This document shows, in pieces, positions 34,544 through 44,444 of a stretch of 54,243 bases of DNA. Source of the DNA: an uncultured Conexibacteraceae bacterium (lineage in GTDB: Bacteria; Actinomycetota; Thermoleophilia; Solirubrobacterales; 70-9); the NCBI GenBank assembly GCA_964533285.1, contig CAZHLT010000277.1, forward strand, positions 1 to 54,243, given 5' to 3'. Made by a program: the position numbers and the translations under genes. Within the stretch, counting starts at the first letter, position 1. Each line of letters begins with the position of its first letter. The notes beneath the pieces are model-generated. The model worked only from the letters and a program-made list of their open reading frames with translations. It was not told the origin of the DNA and ran no database searches.

Positions 34544-35472
34544 CAGACCCTCCCGCGGTGGGCGCGGGAAGCGACGATCCCCTGCGGCCGAAAGATCAGG
34601 ACGAGGAAGACGATCGCGTAGAGGAAGGCGTCCCGGAAGGGAGCGAGGCTCTGCGGAAGGGTGACGTTGAGGACGATCGTCAGCGCTCCCAGGACCATGC
34701 CCCCGGTAACCGCTCCGACCAGCGACCCCATGCCGCCGATCACGGTGGCGACGAAGGCGATCAGGACGATGCTGAAGCCGAGCTGCGGTTCGATCGACCC
34801 CTGCTGGGCGACGACGAGGAGCGAAGCGACGCCGGCCAACGCCCCCGAGAGCGCGAAGGCGACAGCGATCACCCGGTTGGCGGCGACGCCGAGGATCCGC
34901 GCCGTGCGGAAGTCCTCGGCGGCGGCGCGCATCTGCAGGCCGATCGTCGTCCGCTCGAGGAAGAGCGTGAGGGCGATCAACAGGACCGCGGTGACCGCGA
35001 TCACGGCCAGGCTCAACTTCGAGAGGAAGATGCCGCCGATCGCGACCGTGCTGTTCAGCCCGGGGAGCAGCGAGACCGACCTGGCGGTCGGGCCGAAGAT
35101 CACTTCGGCCAGGCTCTGGAGGAAGAAGCTGACCGCGAAGGAGGTGACCAGCATCGTCTCCGGGTCGGCCCCCCGCACCGGCCTGAACGCGACCCGCTCG
35201 ATCACCAGCGCGGTGACGACGCAGGCCAGGATCACGACCGCGGCGAGCGGGACGAAAGCGAGCGCCCCGCAGACCACGGTGGCGTAGGCGCCGACCATCA
35301 GCAGCTCGCCGTGGGCGAAGTTGATCAGCCGCATGACGCTGAAGATCAGGGCGACGCCGAGGGCGAAGAGCGCGTAGAGCGAGCCCAGCGAGAGGGCGTC
35401 GATCGTGTACTGGACGATCCGCTCCGGCAGCGACTGGGCGGCGACCACGACGAGCGCCAGCGGGTCGGCCAT
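34543..35472 (-). CDS. Branched-chain-amino-acid-type ABC permease (LivH-like)
   Basis: 309 aa. ..SLGSLYALFALGVALIFSVMRLINFAHGELLMVGAY.. is the typical LivH N-terminus. Confidence 0.85.
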   Translation of the reverse strand: MADPLALVVVAAQSLPERIVQYTIDALSLGSLYALFALGVALIFSVMRLINFAHGELLMVGAYATVVCGALAFVPLAAVVILACVVTALVIERVAFRPVRGADPETMLVTSFAVSFFLQSLAEVIFGPTARSVSLLPGLNSTVAIGGIFLSKLSLAVIAVTAVLLIALTLFLERTTIGLQMRAAAEDFRTARILGVAANRVIAVAFALSGALAGVASLLVVAQQGSIEPQLGFSIVLIAFVATVIGGMGSLVGAVTGGMVLGALTIVLNVTLPQSLAPFRDAFLYAIVFLVLIFRPQGIVASRAHRGRV

Positions 35473-36179
35473 CAGCCCGCCTCCCCCAGGTAGGCGCTCT
35501 CGAAGTCGGCGCTCGCCATCGCCTCGCGGTCACCCCGCGCCGCCACGACCCCGTTGCTGAGCACATAGGTGCGGTCCGCCAGCGCCGCCGCCCGGGCCGC
35601 GTTCTGCTCGACCAGGAGGATCGTCACCCCGTCCTCGCGCAGCGCGGCGACGGTCTCGAAGACGAGGTCGACGACCTGCGGAGCGAGCCCCAGCGACGGC
35701 TCGTCGAGCAGCAGCAGGCGCGGCGAGGCGAGCAGCGCCCGGGCGATCGCGAGCTGCTGCTGCTCGCCGCCGGAGAGCTTGTCGGCCGGCGTCGCGTAGA
35801 GCTCGCGGAGGACGGGGAACCGGTCCAGCGCCCGCTCGAGAGCCGCCCCCAGGGTCGAGCGGTCGGTGCGGGCGGTGGCCCCGAGCGCCAGGTTCTCGGC
35901 CACCGAGAGGGTGCCGAAGATGTGTCTGCCCTCGGGCACGAGGGCGAGGCCGCGACGCGCGATCCGCTCTGGCGTCACCCCCAGCAGCGACTCGCCCTCG
36001 AACCGGATCGAGCCCTCGCGCACCGGCTGCAGGCCGAAGACAGCGGCCAGCATCGTCGACTTGCCGGCCCCGTTGGGACCGATCACCGCGACGACCTCGC
36101 CGGCCGCGACCTCGAGCGAGACGTCGCGAACGGCGACCGTCTGCCCGTAGGCGACGCTGAGGCGCTCAATCTCGAGCAT
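35472..36179 (-). CDS. ABC transporter ATP-binding protein (LivF-like)
   Basis: Internal ATG 36179. GPNGAGKST (Walker A), LSGGEQQQLAIARAL (signature), LLLLDEPS (Walker B). Confidence 0.85.
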   Translation of the reverse strand: MLEIERLSVAYGQTVAVRDVSLEVAAGEVVAVIGPNGAGKSTMLAAVFGLQPVREGSIRFEGESLLGVTPERIARRGLALVPEGRHIFGTLSVAENLALGATARTDRSTLGAALERALDRFPVLRELYATPADKLSGGEQQQLAIARALLASPRLLLLDEPSLGLAPQVVDLVFETVAALREDGVTILLVEQNAARAAALADRTYVLSNGVVAARGDREAMASADFESAYLGEAG

Positions 36180-36924
36180 CGGCCTCGGCTCCCAGGTAGG
36201 CCTCGACGACCCTCGGGTCGCGCCGGATCTCGGCCGGCGTCCCAAACGCGATCGCGACGCCGTGGTCGAGGACCTGGATTCGATCGCAGAGCGGCATGAT
36301 CACGCGCATGTCGTGCTCGATCACGAGCAGGCCGACGCCGAGGTCCTCGCGCACGCCTTGCAGCGTCGTGACCAGGCGCGCCGACTCCTGATCGTTCATT
36401 CCGGCGGCCGGCTCGTCGAGCAGCAGCAGGCACGGCTCCAGCGCCAGCGCCCGGGCGATCCCCAGCGCCCGCAGGTCGCCCGCCGGCAGGGCCGCGGCAA
36501 GCTGGTCGGCGCGGCGGTCGAGCCCGAACCGCTCCAGCATCGCCTCGGCGTGAGACCGGGCACTGCGCGGCGAGCCGTGGGCGGCGACGGCGCTGACCTC
36601 GACGTTCTCGAAGACCGAGAGGTGGCGGAAGGGCCGTACCGCCTGGAAGGTCCGGGCCAGGCCGGCCTTGGCGATCCGCTCCGGCCGGCTGCCGGTGATC
36701 TCGCGATCGTCGAGGGTGACCCGCCCCCGGTCGACCTTCTGGTACCCGGTCAGCGAGTTAACCAGGGTCGTCTTGCCGGCCCCGTTAGGGCCGATCAGGC
36801 CGCAGATCTCGCCCTGGCTGAGGCTGAGGTCGACGCCGGCGAGGGCGCTCACCCCTTCGAAGTGAACGGTCAGGTCGGTGGCCTCCAGGCGCGCGCCGGG
36901 CCGGTGGGAACGGTCGGGATGCAT
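36166..36924 (-). CDS. ABC transporter ATP-binding protein (LivG-like)
   Basis: GPNGAGKTTL, LLLLDEPAAGMN, VIEHDMRVIM. Confidence 0.85.
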   Translation of the reverse strand: MHPDRSHRPGARLEATDLTVHFEGVSALAGVDLSLSQGEICGLIGPNGAGKTTLVNSLTGYQKVDRGRVTLDDREITGSRPERIAKAGLARTFQAVRPFRHLSVFENVEVSAVAAHGSPRSARSHAEAMLERFGLDRRADQLAAALPAGDLRALGIARALALEPCLLLLDEPAAGMNDQESARLVTTLQGVREDLGVGLLVIEHDMRVIMPLCDRIQVLDHGVAIAFGTPAEIRRDPRVVEAYLGAEADARD

Positions 36925-36958
36925 CGCTGTCAGGCTCCTCGGGCGCCGGTCCGGTCGC

Positions 36959-38704
36959 CTAGGTGACGGGCTCTGACGCCTGCGGGTAGAGAGCGGCGGC
37001 CCTCGCGTCGGAGAGCAGCCCGCGCGCGACGTCCCTGCGAACCGCCTCGGGCTCCCGTTGCCCCGGGTCGCCGAACCCCCCGCCCCCTGCCGTCTCGATC
37101 AGCACCCGGCTGCCAGCCGGCAACGGCACTCGCGTCTCCTTCCCGGGCAGCACCCGGAGGCTGCCGTCGGGGTATTCGATCGCGATCCGGTTCGGCCGCC
37201 CCTGCCGCCCCCCGTACAGACCCCAGGGGGCGTTGCGGGTGCGCTCGAGGACCGAGGTGATGAACGAGTCGAGCACCATCTCGTACTCGACGTCGACCCC
37301 GGGTCCGCCGGCGAACTCGCCGGCACCGGCGGAGTCGGTCGCCAACTCGAAGCGCCGCACGATCATCGGGGCCCGCTGTTCGATCACCTCCGCCGGCGTG
37401 TTGCGGATGCCGGAGATAGCCATGTGCATCAGCGGCGTGCCGCCGTCGGCGCTCTGCATCGCCCCCTGTCCGATGACGTGGTCGAAGCCCTGTGCCCAGA
37501 ACTCGCCGTCGCGCCAACTCCCCCACCACACGGCGCTGCAGGCGTCGCTGCCCGAACCGGCCCGGACCAGGTCCGGCACCACCTGCGAGAGCGCCTCGTG
37601 GATCACGTCGAGGGCCTGCATGCACGGCCAGCCGTAGAGGTAGATCGGCGCCGGCGAGATCGGGTGGAACATCGTATTCGGCCGCGTCCGGACCTCGATC
37701 GGCCGCAGGTAACCCTCGTGGGCGGTGTCCTTGCCACCGGCGAGGCAGACGATCGCGAGACGGGCGAGGGAGACGGTGCCCGGCAGCGGGCAGTTGGTCG
37801 GTCCGGCCTGGGTGGCCGGCGCCCGCGTGAAGTCGACGACACACTCTCCGCCCCGCACCTCGACGCTGATCTCGAACGGGATCGGGTCGTCGTCGACCCC
37901 GTTGGAATCCATCGTCCCGGTCGACGTGTAGCGGCCGTCGGGGATCCGCTCGAGGAAGGCGCGCATCAGCGCCTCGCCGTGGTCGAACATCCGCTCGACC
38001 GCGCTCGAGAAGGCCTCGAGGCCGTACTTCTCGACCAGCCGCAGGAACCCGCGGGCGCCGGTATGGCAGCAGGCCACCTGGGCCGCGAGGTCGCCGACCA
38101 GCGCCACCGGCATCCGCGAGTTGGCGACGATCGTCCGGTGGAGGGCCTCGTTGCGAGTGCCGGCGTCGAACAGCTTCACGCCGGGGACGATCAGGCCCTC
38201 CTGGAGGTTGTCGACGGCGTCGGTGAGGTAGGGGTCCTTGGCACCGATGTCCATCTGGTGGGCCTTGACCGCCGCGTAGCCGACGAGCTCCCGGTCGTCG
38301 AAGACCGGCATCACGACCGCCATGTCCTGAGGGTGAGAGCCGGTGTGATAGCCGAAGGTGGTGAGCAGGACGTCGCCCGGCGCCAGCGCCTCCTCGCCGC
38401 CCACCGCGGCGACGCACTCCTCGATGCAGCTGTTGAGCGTGCCCATGAACAGCGGCAGCGCCTCGGCCTGGGCGAGCAGCCGGACGCGACGGTCGTAGAT
38501 CGCCGCGGCGAAATCGACCATCTCGTAGATGATCGGCGAGAAGGCGGCGCGGCGCAGCGAGATCTTCATCTGTGCCGCGACCGAATCGAGCGCGTGGCGG
38601 ACGACCTCGGTCAGGATCGGGTCGGCGTCGCGGCCCTCGCCGCCGCCGCCCGCGGCGGCGCGGGAGACGACGACCTCACCCGGGACCACGTCAAGCGTCG
38701 CCAT
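36959..38704 (-). CDS. hyuB: Hydantoinase B/oxoprolinase family protein (HyuB-like)
   Basis: ATG 38704 (MATLDVVPG..), 14-nt overlap with hyuA. DPILTEVVRHALDSVAAQMKISLRRAAFSPIIYEMVDFAAAIYD. Confidence 0.85.
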   Translation of the reverse strand: MATLDVVPGEVVVSRAAAGGGGEGRDADPILTEVVRHALDSVAAQMKISLRRAAFSPIIYEMVDFAAAIYDRRVRLLAQAEALPLFMGTLNSCIEECVAAVGGEEALAPGDVLLTTFGYHTGSHPQDMAVVMPVFDDRELVGYAAVKAHQMDIGAKDPYLTDAVDNLQEGLIVPGVKLFDAGTRNEALHRTIVANSRMPVALVGDLAAQVACCHTGARGFLRLVEKYGLEAFSSAVERMFDHGEALMRAFLERIPDGRYTSTGTMDSNGVDDDPIPFEISVEVRGGECVVDFTRAPATQAGPTNCPLPGTVSLARLAIVCLAGGKDTAHEGYLRPIEVRTRPNTMFHPISPAPIYLYGWPCMQALDVIHEALSQVVPDLVRAGSGSDACSAVWWGSWRDGEFWAQGFDHVIGQGAMQSADGGTPLMHMAISGIRNTPAEVIEQRAPMIVRRFELATDSAGAGEFAGGPGVDVEYEMVLDSFITSVLERTRNAPWGLYGGRQGRPNRIAIEYPDGSLRVLPGKETRVPLPAGSRVLIETAGGGGFGDPGQREPEAVRRDVARGLLSDARAAALYPQASEPVT

Positions 38705-40760
38705 CGGTCCCACTCGCGTCGCGGAGCACCATCGCCCCGCCTTCCTCGACGCGGATCTCGAAGCCCGCGTCGACGTAGGTCGTGGTCGTCGGCTCGAGCA
38801 CGATCGCCGGGCCCTCTGTGCGCGAGCCGGGCGCCAGCGAGGCGCGCTCGAGCACCCGAAACGGCAGCCGCTCGCCGGCGACGAAGGAGTGCGCCTGGAC
38901 CGTGGACGGCGGCGACGGCGAGGCATCGGGCGCGGGCGCGGCCGGCGCGACCTCCGGCAGCGGGGTGCGCAAGGTGCCGCGCGCGGCGACGATCTCCAGC
39001 GGCGTTTGGAGCGTGTGGCCGTAGACGCGGCCGTAGCTCTCGGCGAAGTCGCGCGCGACCTCCTCGACCGCGCTCTCGATGCCCACGGCCCCGAGCCGCA
39101 CCGGTACGTTCAGCGTGTACTCCTGCCCCTGATAGCGAAGGTCCAGCGCCGCTTCGCGTACGGCCTCGCGCCCGTCGTCTCGGCCGGGCTCGTCGAGCTC
39201 CGCGAAGATCGCGGCCAGCGCCTCGCCGGCGCCCTCGAGGCCGTCCTCGTCGAGCGCGGCGACGACGGTGCGGGCACGGGAGCGGCTGATGTCCTGGGCG
39301 AGCAGCCCCCAGGCCGAGAAGTTGCCCGCGTGGACGGGGACTACGACCTCGCCGATCTCGAGCTCGAGCGCCAGCAGGATGGCGAACAGGGGCCCGGCGC
39401 CGCCGTAGGCGATCAGCGCCGCGTCGCGCGGGTCGCGACCCTGCTCGAGCGTGATCTCGCGGATCGCGTTCGCCATATTGGCGGTCGCGATCCGCATGAT
39501 CCCCTGCGCCGTCTCGTCAGCGCCGAGCCCGAGCCGCGCGGCGAGCGGCGCGATCGCCCGGCCCGCCGCCTCGACGTCGAGGGCGAGGCCGTCGGCCAGC
39601 TCCCCGCGCGCCAGCATGCCAAGCAGGGCGGCAGCGTCGGTGACGGTCGGCGTCATGCCGCCGCGGCCGTAGCAGGCCGGACCCGGATCGGCGCCCGCGC
39701 TCTGGGGACCGACCCGCAGCAGCTCGCCCTCGTCGATGTAGGCGAGCGATCCTCCGCCGGCCCCGATCGAGCGCACGTCAACCCACCGCGTCTGCAGCGG
39801 CATGTCGTCGATCGCACCCTCGTATTTGAACTCGGGGCGGCCGTCGAGGATCAGGCAGGTGTCGAAGCTGGTGCCGCCAACGTCGGCGCAAACTCCCATC
39901 TCGATGCCGAGCGCGCGGCAGAGGCTGCCGGCGCCGACGGCGCCGCCAACCGGGCCCGACATGATCGTCTCGAACGGCCTCGCGGTCGCCTCGCCGAAGC
40001 TGACGGCACCGCCGCCGCAGCTGGTCATCAGGCACTCGCCCCGGAAGCCGCGTTCGGCCAGCCCCGAGCTCAGGCGGGAGAGATAGCCGCCGACGCGGGG
40101 CTTGACATAGGCGTCGATCGCGGTCGTCGACGTCCGCTCGTACTCGCGCATCTCACCCGAGACGCTGCTCGAGAGCGAGACCTCGCCTTCGAAGCCGGAC
40201 TCGCGCAGGATCGCCTCTGCCATCAGCTCGTGGTCGGGGCTGACGTAGGAGTTGATGAAGGCGATTGCGATCGCGCCGACCTCGGCCTCGATCAGTGCCG
40301 CGGCGACGGCCTCGACTTCATCGCGCGAGAGCTCGACGTCGACGGTGCCGTCGGCGAGCACCCGCTCCCGCACCTCGAACCGCAGTTCGCGTGGGACGAG
40401 CGGCTCCGCCGGGCTCCAGAGCACGGAGTCGTGCACGACCCGATCGCCCCGCCGCAGCTCGAGCACGTCGCGGAAGCCGGCGGTGGTGATCATCCCGACC
40501 GTGGCGCCGCGCCGCTCGAGCAGCGCATTGAGGGCGACGGTTGCCCCGTGGACGAAGAGGGAGACATCGGCCAACCGCTGGTCCGGCAGCGCCCGCGCTA
40601 CGACCGCCAGCACCCCCTGCTCGGGCACGGCGGGGGTACTGGAGCCCTTGGCGACCGTCACCTCGCCGGTGCTCTGGTCGTATGCGATCAGGTCCGAGAA
40701 CGTGCCGCCGATGTCGATCGCGAGCTGGGCGACAGCCGGTTGGTCAAGGCTTTGGGACAA
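38691..40760 (-). CDS. hyuA: Hydantoinase A/oxoprolinase family protein (HyuA-like)
   Basis: 689 aa. LAIDIGGTFSDLIAYD, ITTAGFRDVLELRR, DVGGTSFD, IAYGGAGPL. Confidence 0.85.
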   Translation of the reverse strand: MSQSLDQPAVAQLAIDIGGTFSDLIAYDQSTGEVTVAKGSSTPAVPEQGVLAVVARALPDQRLADVSLFVHGATVALNALLERRGATVGMITTAGFRDVLELRRGDRVVHDSVLWSPAEPLVPRELRFEVRERVLADGTVDVELSRDEVEAVAAALIEAEVGAIAIAFINSYVSPDHELMAEAILRESGFEGEVSLSSSVSGEMREYERTSTTAIDAYVKPRVGGYLSRLSSGLAERGFRGECLMTSCGGGAVSFGEATARPFETIMSGPVGGAVGAGSLCRALGIEMGVCADVGGTSFDTCLILDGRPEFKYEGAIDDMPLQTRWVDVRSIGAGGGSLAYIDEGELLRVGPQSAGADPGPACYGRGGMTPTVTDAAALLGMLARGELADGLALDVEAAGRAIAPLAARLGLGADETAQGIMRIATANMANAIREITLEQGRDPRDAALIAYGGAGPLFAILLALELEIGEVVVPVHAGNFSAWGLLAQDISRSRARTVVAALDEDGLEGAGEALAAIFAELDEPGRDDGREAVREAALDLRYQGQEYTLNVPVRLGAVGIESAVEEVARDFAESYGRVYGHTLQTPLEIVAARGTLRTPLPEVAPAAPAPDASPSPPSTVQAHSFVAGERLPFRVLERASLAPGSRTEGPAIVLEPTTTTYVDAGFEIRVEEGGAMVLRDASGTDGDA

Positions 40761-41008
40761 TTAACTCACCATATAAGTGCAATAAGGGTCAAGTGAGATC
40801 ACCGTATATTCGCAGCAATGGGTTGTCAACCTAAAGATTCAGGATAGTTATGGTCATCATTCAACGCATGCGTTACTAATCACGCTAGGACCAAGCCAAG
40901 CTTGGTCCATAATCATCCCAATCCCCGCTTGAAATCGCCAGTCGGCCGCTCAGAACCGAGCGACACAACCGGCGAGCCCCTCGCCAGGGCCAAGCCCATG
41001 GTCAGCAC

Positions 41009-42593
41009 ACAGAAAAGGCCCCTTTTCGAGGCTGTCGCGCAAAGGGCGCGGCAGCCCGGCGGTCAGCTGATCGGAGTCGAGCGGTCGGCTTCCAGAAGTG
41101 CCCAAGCGGCGACGGAAGGCCGGCGGCCTCCCCTCAGGCGGGCGCCGGATGGGCCAACCCCGCCCGCCAGAGCTTCAGGAGGTTGTGGGTGGCGGCGAGG
41201 AGCTTCCACTCAGCCCGGCAGGCGGCTAAGCCGCGGCGCTGGAAGCGGGTGGCGCCGCGGATGAACTTCGTGTTGGCGAAAACCGGCTCGACGATCTGGG
41301 CTCTTCGCCGGTAGAGCGCCTTGCCCTCGGGCGTGGCGAGGATCTTCTCTATTCGCTGGGCCTCGGGTCCCTGCTTGGTGGCGAGCTTGCGTGGCTTCGT
41401 TCTGCGGGCGTTGCGGGTCGGAACGATCACCTCGGTGCCCTGCTCGCGGATCGCGGTGATCTGCAGTGCGCTCCAGTAGCCGCCGTCGGCCAGGAGGGTG
41501 CCGATCGGCTCCTCGACGCCGGCAGCCCGGAGCTCCTCGCCGGCCTTGTCGACCATTGAGGTGAGCTCGGTCGAGTCGACCGGGGATTGGGTCAGGTCGG
41601 CGGCGAGGATCACCTGGCCCGAGGCGGCCACCACCTGAGCGTTATAGCCCTGGATCAGGCTGGTGCCGGTGCGCATCAGAGGCCGGGAGTCGGGATCGGT
41701 GGTGTTGATCTTTGCCTTCTGCAGGGCGTCTTCGGAGGGTGGGGCCGGCTTGCGTCCGGTCAGCTTGCGCCCGTGCTCTGCCTCCCAGGCCGCACGGCGC
41801 TCCAGGTGCTCCTCGTGGGAGCGCATTTCGGCGGCGTGGCCTGCCTCGAGCTCTTCGCGGCAGCGACGCAGGCGCTCGCGGCGAGAGCGGCGATCCGAAA
41901 GCTCCGCCGGCAGCTCATCGCCCCGCGCCTCGCCCAGCCCAGCGTCCTCGCGCTCGTCGGTCGCAGCTGCCTCCTCCAGCATCCGCTCGACCTCGGCGCG
42001 GATCTGCGGGTAGGCCCGGGTCGCCGCCGCAGAGGCGTTGGCGGAGATCAGGCTGCCGTCGAGGGCGACCACCCCGACCGAGACCAGGCCCGCCTTCGCG
42101 CAGAGCGCCAGGACCTGCGTGAAGGTGTCGGCGAGGGCCTGCTCGTGACGGGCGCGGAAGCGGGCGATCGTCGCGTGGTCTGGGATCTGGTTGGCGGCGA
42201 GGACCCTGAAGGCGACGTCCTCCCGGCAGCGGCGCTCGATGCCGCGCGAGGAGCGCTCGCCGACCGCGTAGGCGTAGAGCAAGAGCGCCACCATCATCTG
42301 CGGCTCGAAGGCCGCCCGCCCCCAGCCGTCCTCTCGATAGGCGGCGTAGAAGGCGGCGAGGTCCATCTCCCGCACGGCGTCGGCGACGAACCAGGCGAGG
42401 TGATCGTCGGGCAGCCACTCGCGCATGCTCGGCGGCAAGAGCAGCTCCTGGTCGCGGTCGCACTCGATGAAGTTCCGGGGCATCGCCCACCTCCGCGCTC
42501 GGGGTCAGGTCAATGCTCAAGGGCGCCCCGGACGTGAATGCGACTCACGTCCGGGGGTTTGTGCGACAGCCTCTTTCCGGGGCCTTTTCCTGT
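41009..42593 (-). mobile_element. IS1182-family insertion sequence (about 1.59 kb) with imperfect terminal inverted repeats of about 35 bp
   Basis: Left end acagaaaaggccccttttcgaggctgtcgcgcaaa (41009-41043). The reverse complement of the right end is acaggaaaaggccccggaaagaggctgtcgcacaaa (42558-42593). A single transposase ORF lies between them. Confidence 0.7.
41134..42483 (-). CDS. IS1182-family (IS5-like, DUF772 N-terminal + DDE) transposase
   Basis: 449 aa. MPRNFIECDRDQELLLPPSMREWLPDDHLAWFVADAV...GRAAFEPQMMVALLLYAYAVGERSSRGIERRCREDVAFR...LLADGGYWS...VEPVFANTKF. Confidence 0.85.
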   Translation of the reverse strand: MPRNFIECDRDQELLLPPSMREWLPDDHLAWFVADAVREMDLAAFYAAYREDGWGRAAFEPQMMVALLLYAYAVGERSSRGIERRCREDVAFRVLAANQIPDHATIARFRARHEQALADTFTQVLALCAKAGLVSVGVVALDGSLISANASAAATRAYPQIRAEVERMLEEAAATDEREDAGLGEARGDELPAELSDRRSRRERLRRCREELEAGHAAEMRSHEEHLERRAAWEAEHGRKLTGRKPAPPSEDALQKAKINTTDPDSRPLMRTGTSLIQGYNAQVVAASGQVILAADLTQSPVDSTELTSMVDKAGEELRAAGVEEPIGTLLADGGYWSALQITAIREQGTEVIVPTRNARRTKPRKLATKQGPEAQRIEKILATPEGKALYRRRAQIVEPVFANTKFIRGATRFQRRGLAACRAEWKLLAATHNLLKLWRAGLAHPAPA

Positions 42594-42609
42594 AGCGGGG
42601 GCGGGATTC
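42594..42609. repeat. 16-nt copy of the tRNA-Met 3' end (agcgggggcgggattc) abutting the IS right end
   Basis: Identical to 44276-44291. The preceding 36 nt also resemble the sequence preceding 44276. Confidence 0.6.
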
Positions 42610-42624
42610 TTACGGACCGTGAGC

Positions 42625-43803
42625 TCAGAGCAGCGGGTCGAGCTCGGCGAGGTAGCGAGCCAGCAGCGGATCGGTGATTTGCCAATCGCCCCGGCCCTCG
42701 CTGCGGGCGATCCCGATCCCCCGCAGCTCTTCGAGCGCGCGCCGCACCGAGTTGCGGGGCAGGTCGCGGTACGGGGGCTCGTTGCGGGCTATACGACGGG
42801 CCACCTCCAGGCCGTAGCGGTGGACGCCGCGCAACCGCTCGACGCTCTGCTCGTGGTTGACGCGCTCGCCTTCCAGGGCGGCGCGGTAGCCCTGCTCGAC
42901 CGCCGCCAGGTCGATCGTGCGGGTCTCCAGCAGCACCGAGGTCATGTGGGTCTTCTGAGCGATAAGCATCGTCCCGCGGGGGTGCCCGGCCCCGAGCTCG
43001 ACCAGCCGGCGCAGGGCGAGCTCGTCGACCTCGCAGCCGTCCAGGGCGAAGCGGGCGGCGAGGCCCCCGGCCCAGTCCTCCGCCGCGATCGGCCGCAGCC
43101 CGTGAAAGCTGCCGAATTGGCTGAGGGCGCGCTGGCGCGGCGTGAAGAGGTCGCGCATCAGGTGCTCGATCGAGCCGGCGAAGAGCACGCTCAGCCGGGG
43201 GCTGCGCTGGAAGATTGCCCGCATCCGTTTGGTCAGCGCGTCGGGGTCACCGTAGGGTGCGCGGACGCCGGCGATCTCCTGGAACTCGTCGAAGAAGAGC
43301 ACGACGCGCTTGCCGTCGGCCTCGGCGATGCGACCAGGGAGGGCGAGGGCGTAGTCGAGATAGCGCTCGGGGTCGCGACGGGCGAGGTGCGGCGTGAAGG
43401 CGATCTCCATCTCCTCCCCCAGCTCGGTCTTCGATTTGACCACCGCCGAGACGCCGGCGGCGTCGGCGACCAGGCGCCCAGCCTCGCGGGCCTGGTGGAC
43501 GATCCTCCGCAGCGCCGAGCGGTTGGCGATCGTCTGGGCTACCAGCGCTTCGGCCAGCTCGGCGGCCGAAGCGATCCGGAAGAGGTCGACCTCGACGACG
43601 TAGAGGCCGTCGCCTTCGAGGCGCCGCAGTGCCGCGTCGCAGACGCTCGTCTTGCCGGTTCGCCGGGGGCCGGAGATCACCAGGTGCCCGCCGCCGGCGA
43701 GCGTCGCGGCGATCTCCCGCACGTCCTCCCCGCGGCCAATCAGGAGCTCTGCGGGGAGCGGCCGGTCGGTCGGGAAGAGGATGGCGCTTGGCTCGCGGGG
43801 CAC
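42625..43803 (-). CDS. AAA-type ATPase (archaeal-ATPase/DUF234-like) with C-terminal winged-helix region
   Basis: Walker A GPRRTGKTS, Walker B VVLFFDEFQEI, C-terminal ..VRRALEELRGIGIARSEGRGDWQITDPLLARYL. Start placed at GTG 43803 because 43804-43860 is AT-rich and repeat-bearing. The ORF is open to 43917. Confidence 0.7.
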   Translation of the reverse strand: MPREPSAILFPTDRPLPAELLIGRGEDVREIAATLAGGGHLVISGPRRTGKTSVCDAALRRLEGDGLYVVEVDLFRIASAAELAEALVAQTIANRSALRRIVHQAREAGRLVADAAGVSAVVKSKTELGEEMEIAFTPHLARRDPERYLDYALALPGRIAEADGKRVVLFFDEFQEIAGVRAPYGDPDALTKRMRAIFQRSPRLSVLFAGSIEHLMRDLFTPRQRALSQFGSFHGLRPIAAEDWAGGLAARFALDGCEVDELALRRLVELGAGHPRGTMLIAQKTHMTSVLLETRTIDLAAVEQGYRAALEGERVNHEQSVERLRGVHRYGLEVARRIARNEPPYRDLPRNSVRRALEELRGIGIARSEGRGDWQITDPLLARYLAELDPLL

Positions 43804-44207
43804 ACGCCAGACCTTATCAGGATGCGTCCTAATTGACGCATGATGCGTCCGGCTTAGATTGTCGCCGAGTTGGCCCGCAGCAACCGCGAATTGGATCACG
43901 CTCAGATCGAGATGCACGAGGGCAATCCCAACGCGAAGCTGTCGATTCTCGTCAACATCGAGGGCGACGACGCCAAGTGCCTGGAGCGCATCGCCAACGA
44001 GCGCGGGTAGCCAGCCGGCGAGATCCTCACCGGCTTCTGCAGCGCCTACTGGAGATCACGACCAAGCGTGGCTTCTCCACGGCGCTCGCCACCCAGCTTG
44101 GTCGCTCCGCGCAGCTCGACGATGCCCTCACCGCCCAGCTTCTCCGGGACTGGTCCAGGCGCTTCGGGTCGACGACGACTTCAGCTGTTGTCTGTCAGAC
44201 AGACAAA

Positions 44208-44270
44208 CGAAAGCCCCGCAAATGAGGCTGCCGCGCCCTTTGCGCGACAGCCTCAAATGCGGGGCTTTCG
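44208..44270. repeat. 63-bp palindromic element related to the IS1182 ends (miniature IR-IR structure or complex hairpin)
   Basis: Arms cgaaagccccgcaaatgaggctg (44208-44230) and cagcctcaaatgcggggctttcg (44248-44270) pair at 21/23 positions. 44226-44254 is the exact reverse complement of 41028-41056 inside the IS left end. Confidence 0.7.
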
Positions 44271-44274
44271 TGAA

Positions 44275-44319
<45 letters not shown>

Positions 44320-44444
44320 GCATCAGGCGCGGCGGGCTCACCCCTATTTGGCTTGCTAGAGCGATGTCAGGTGCCCTCAGTTCTGCCAGTTTCTCTCAGA
44401 ATGGAACCTTGAATAGAACCTTGGGAGTGCCCCTCGGAAGCGCG

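Noticed and set aside
33458-35566. 702-aa ORF suggesting a fused giant permease.
   Set aside because: The N-terminal 340 aa is R/P/G-rich read-through, out of frame, over the livH-like gene. The real LivM-like protein starts at ATG 34543 with an ATGA overlap.
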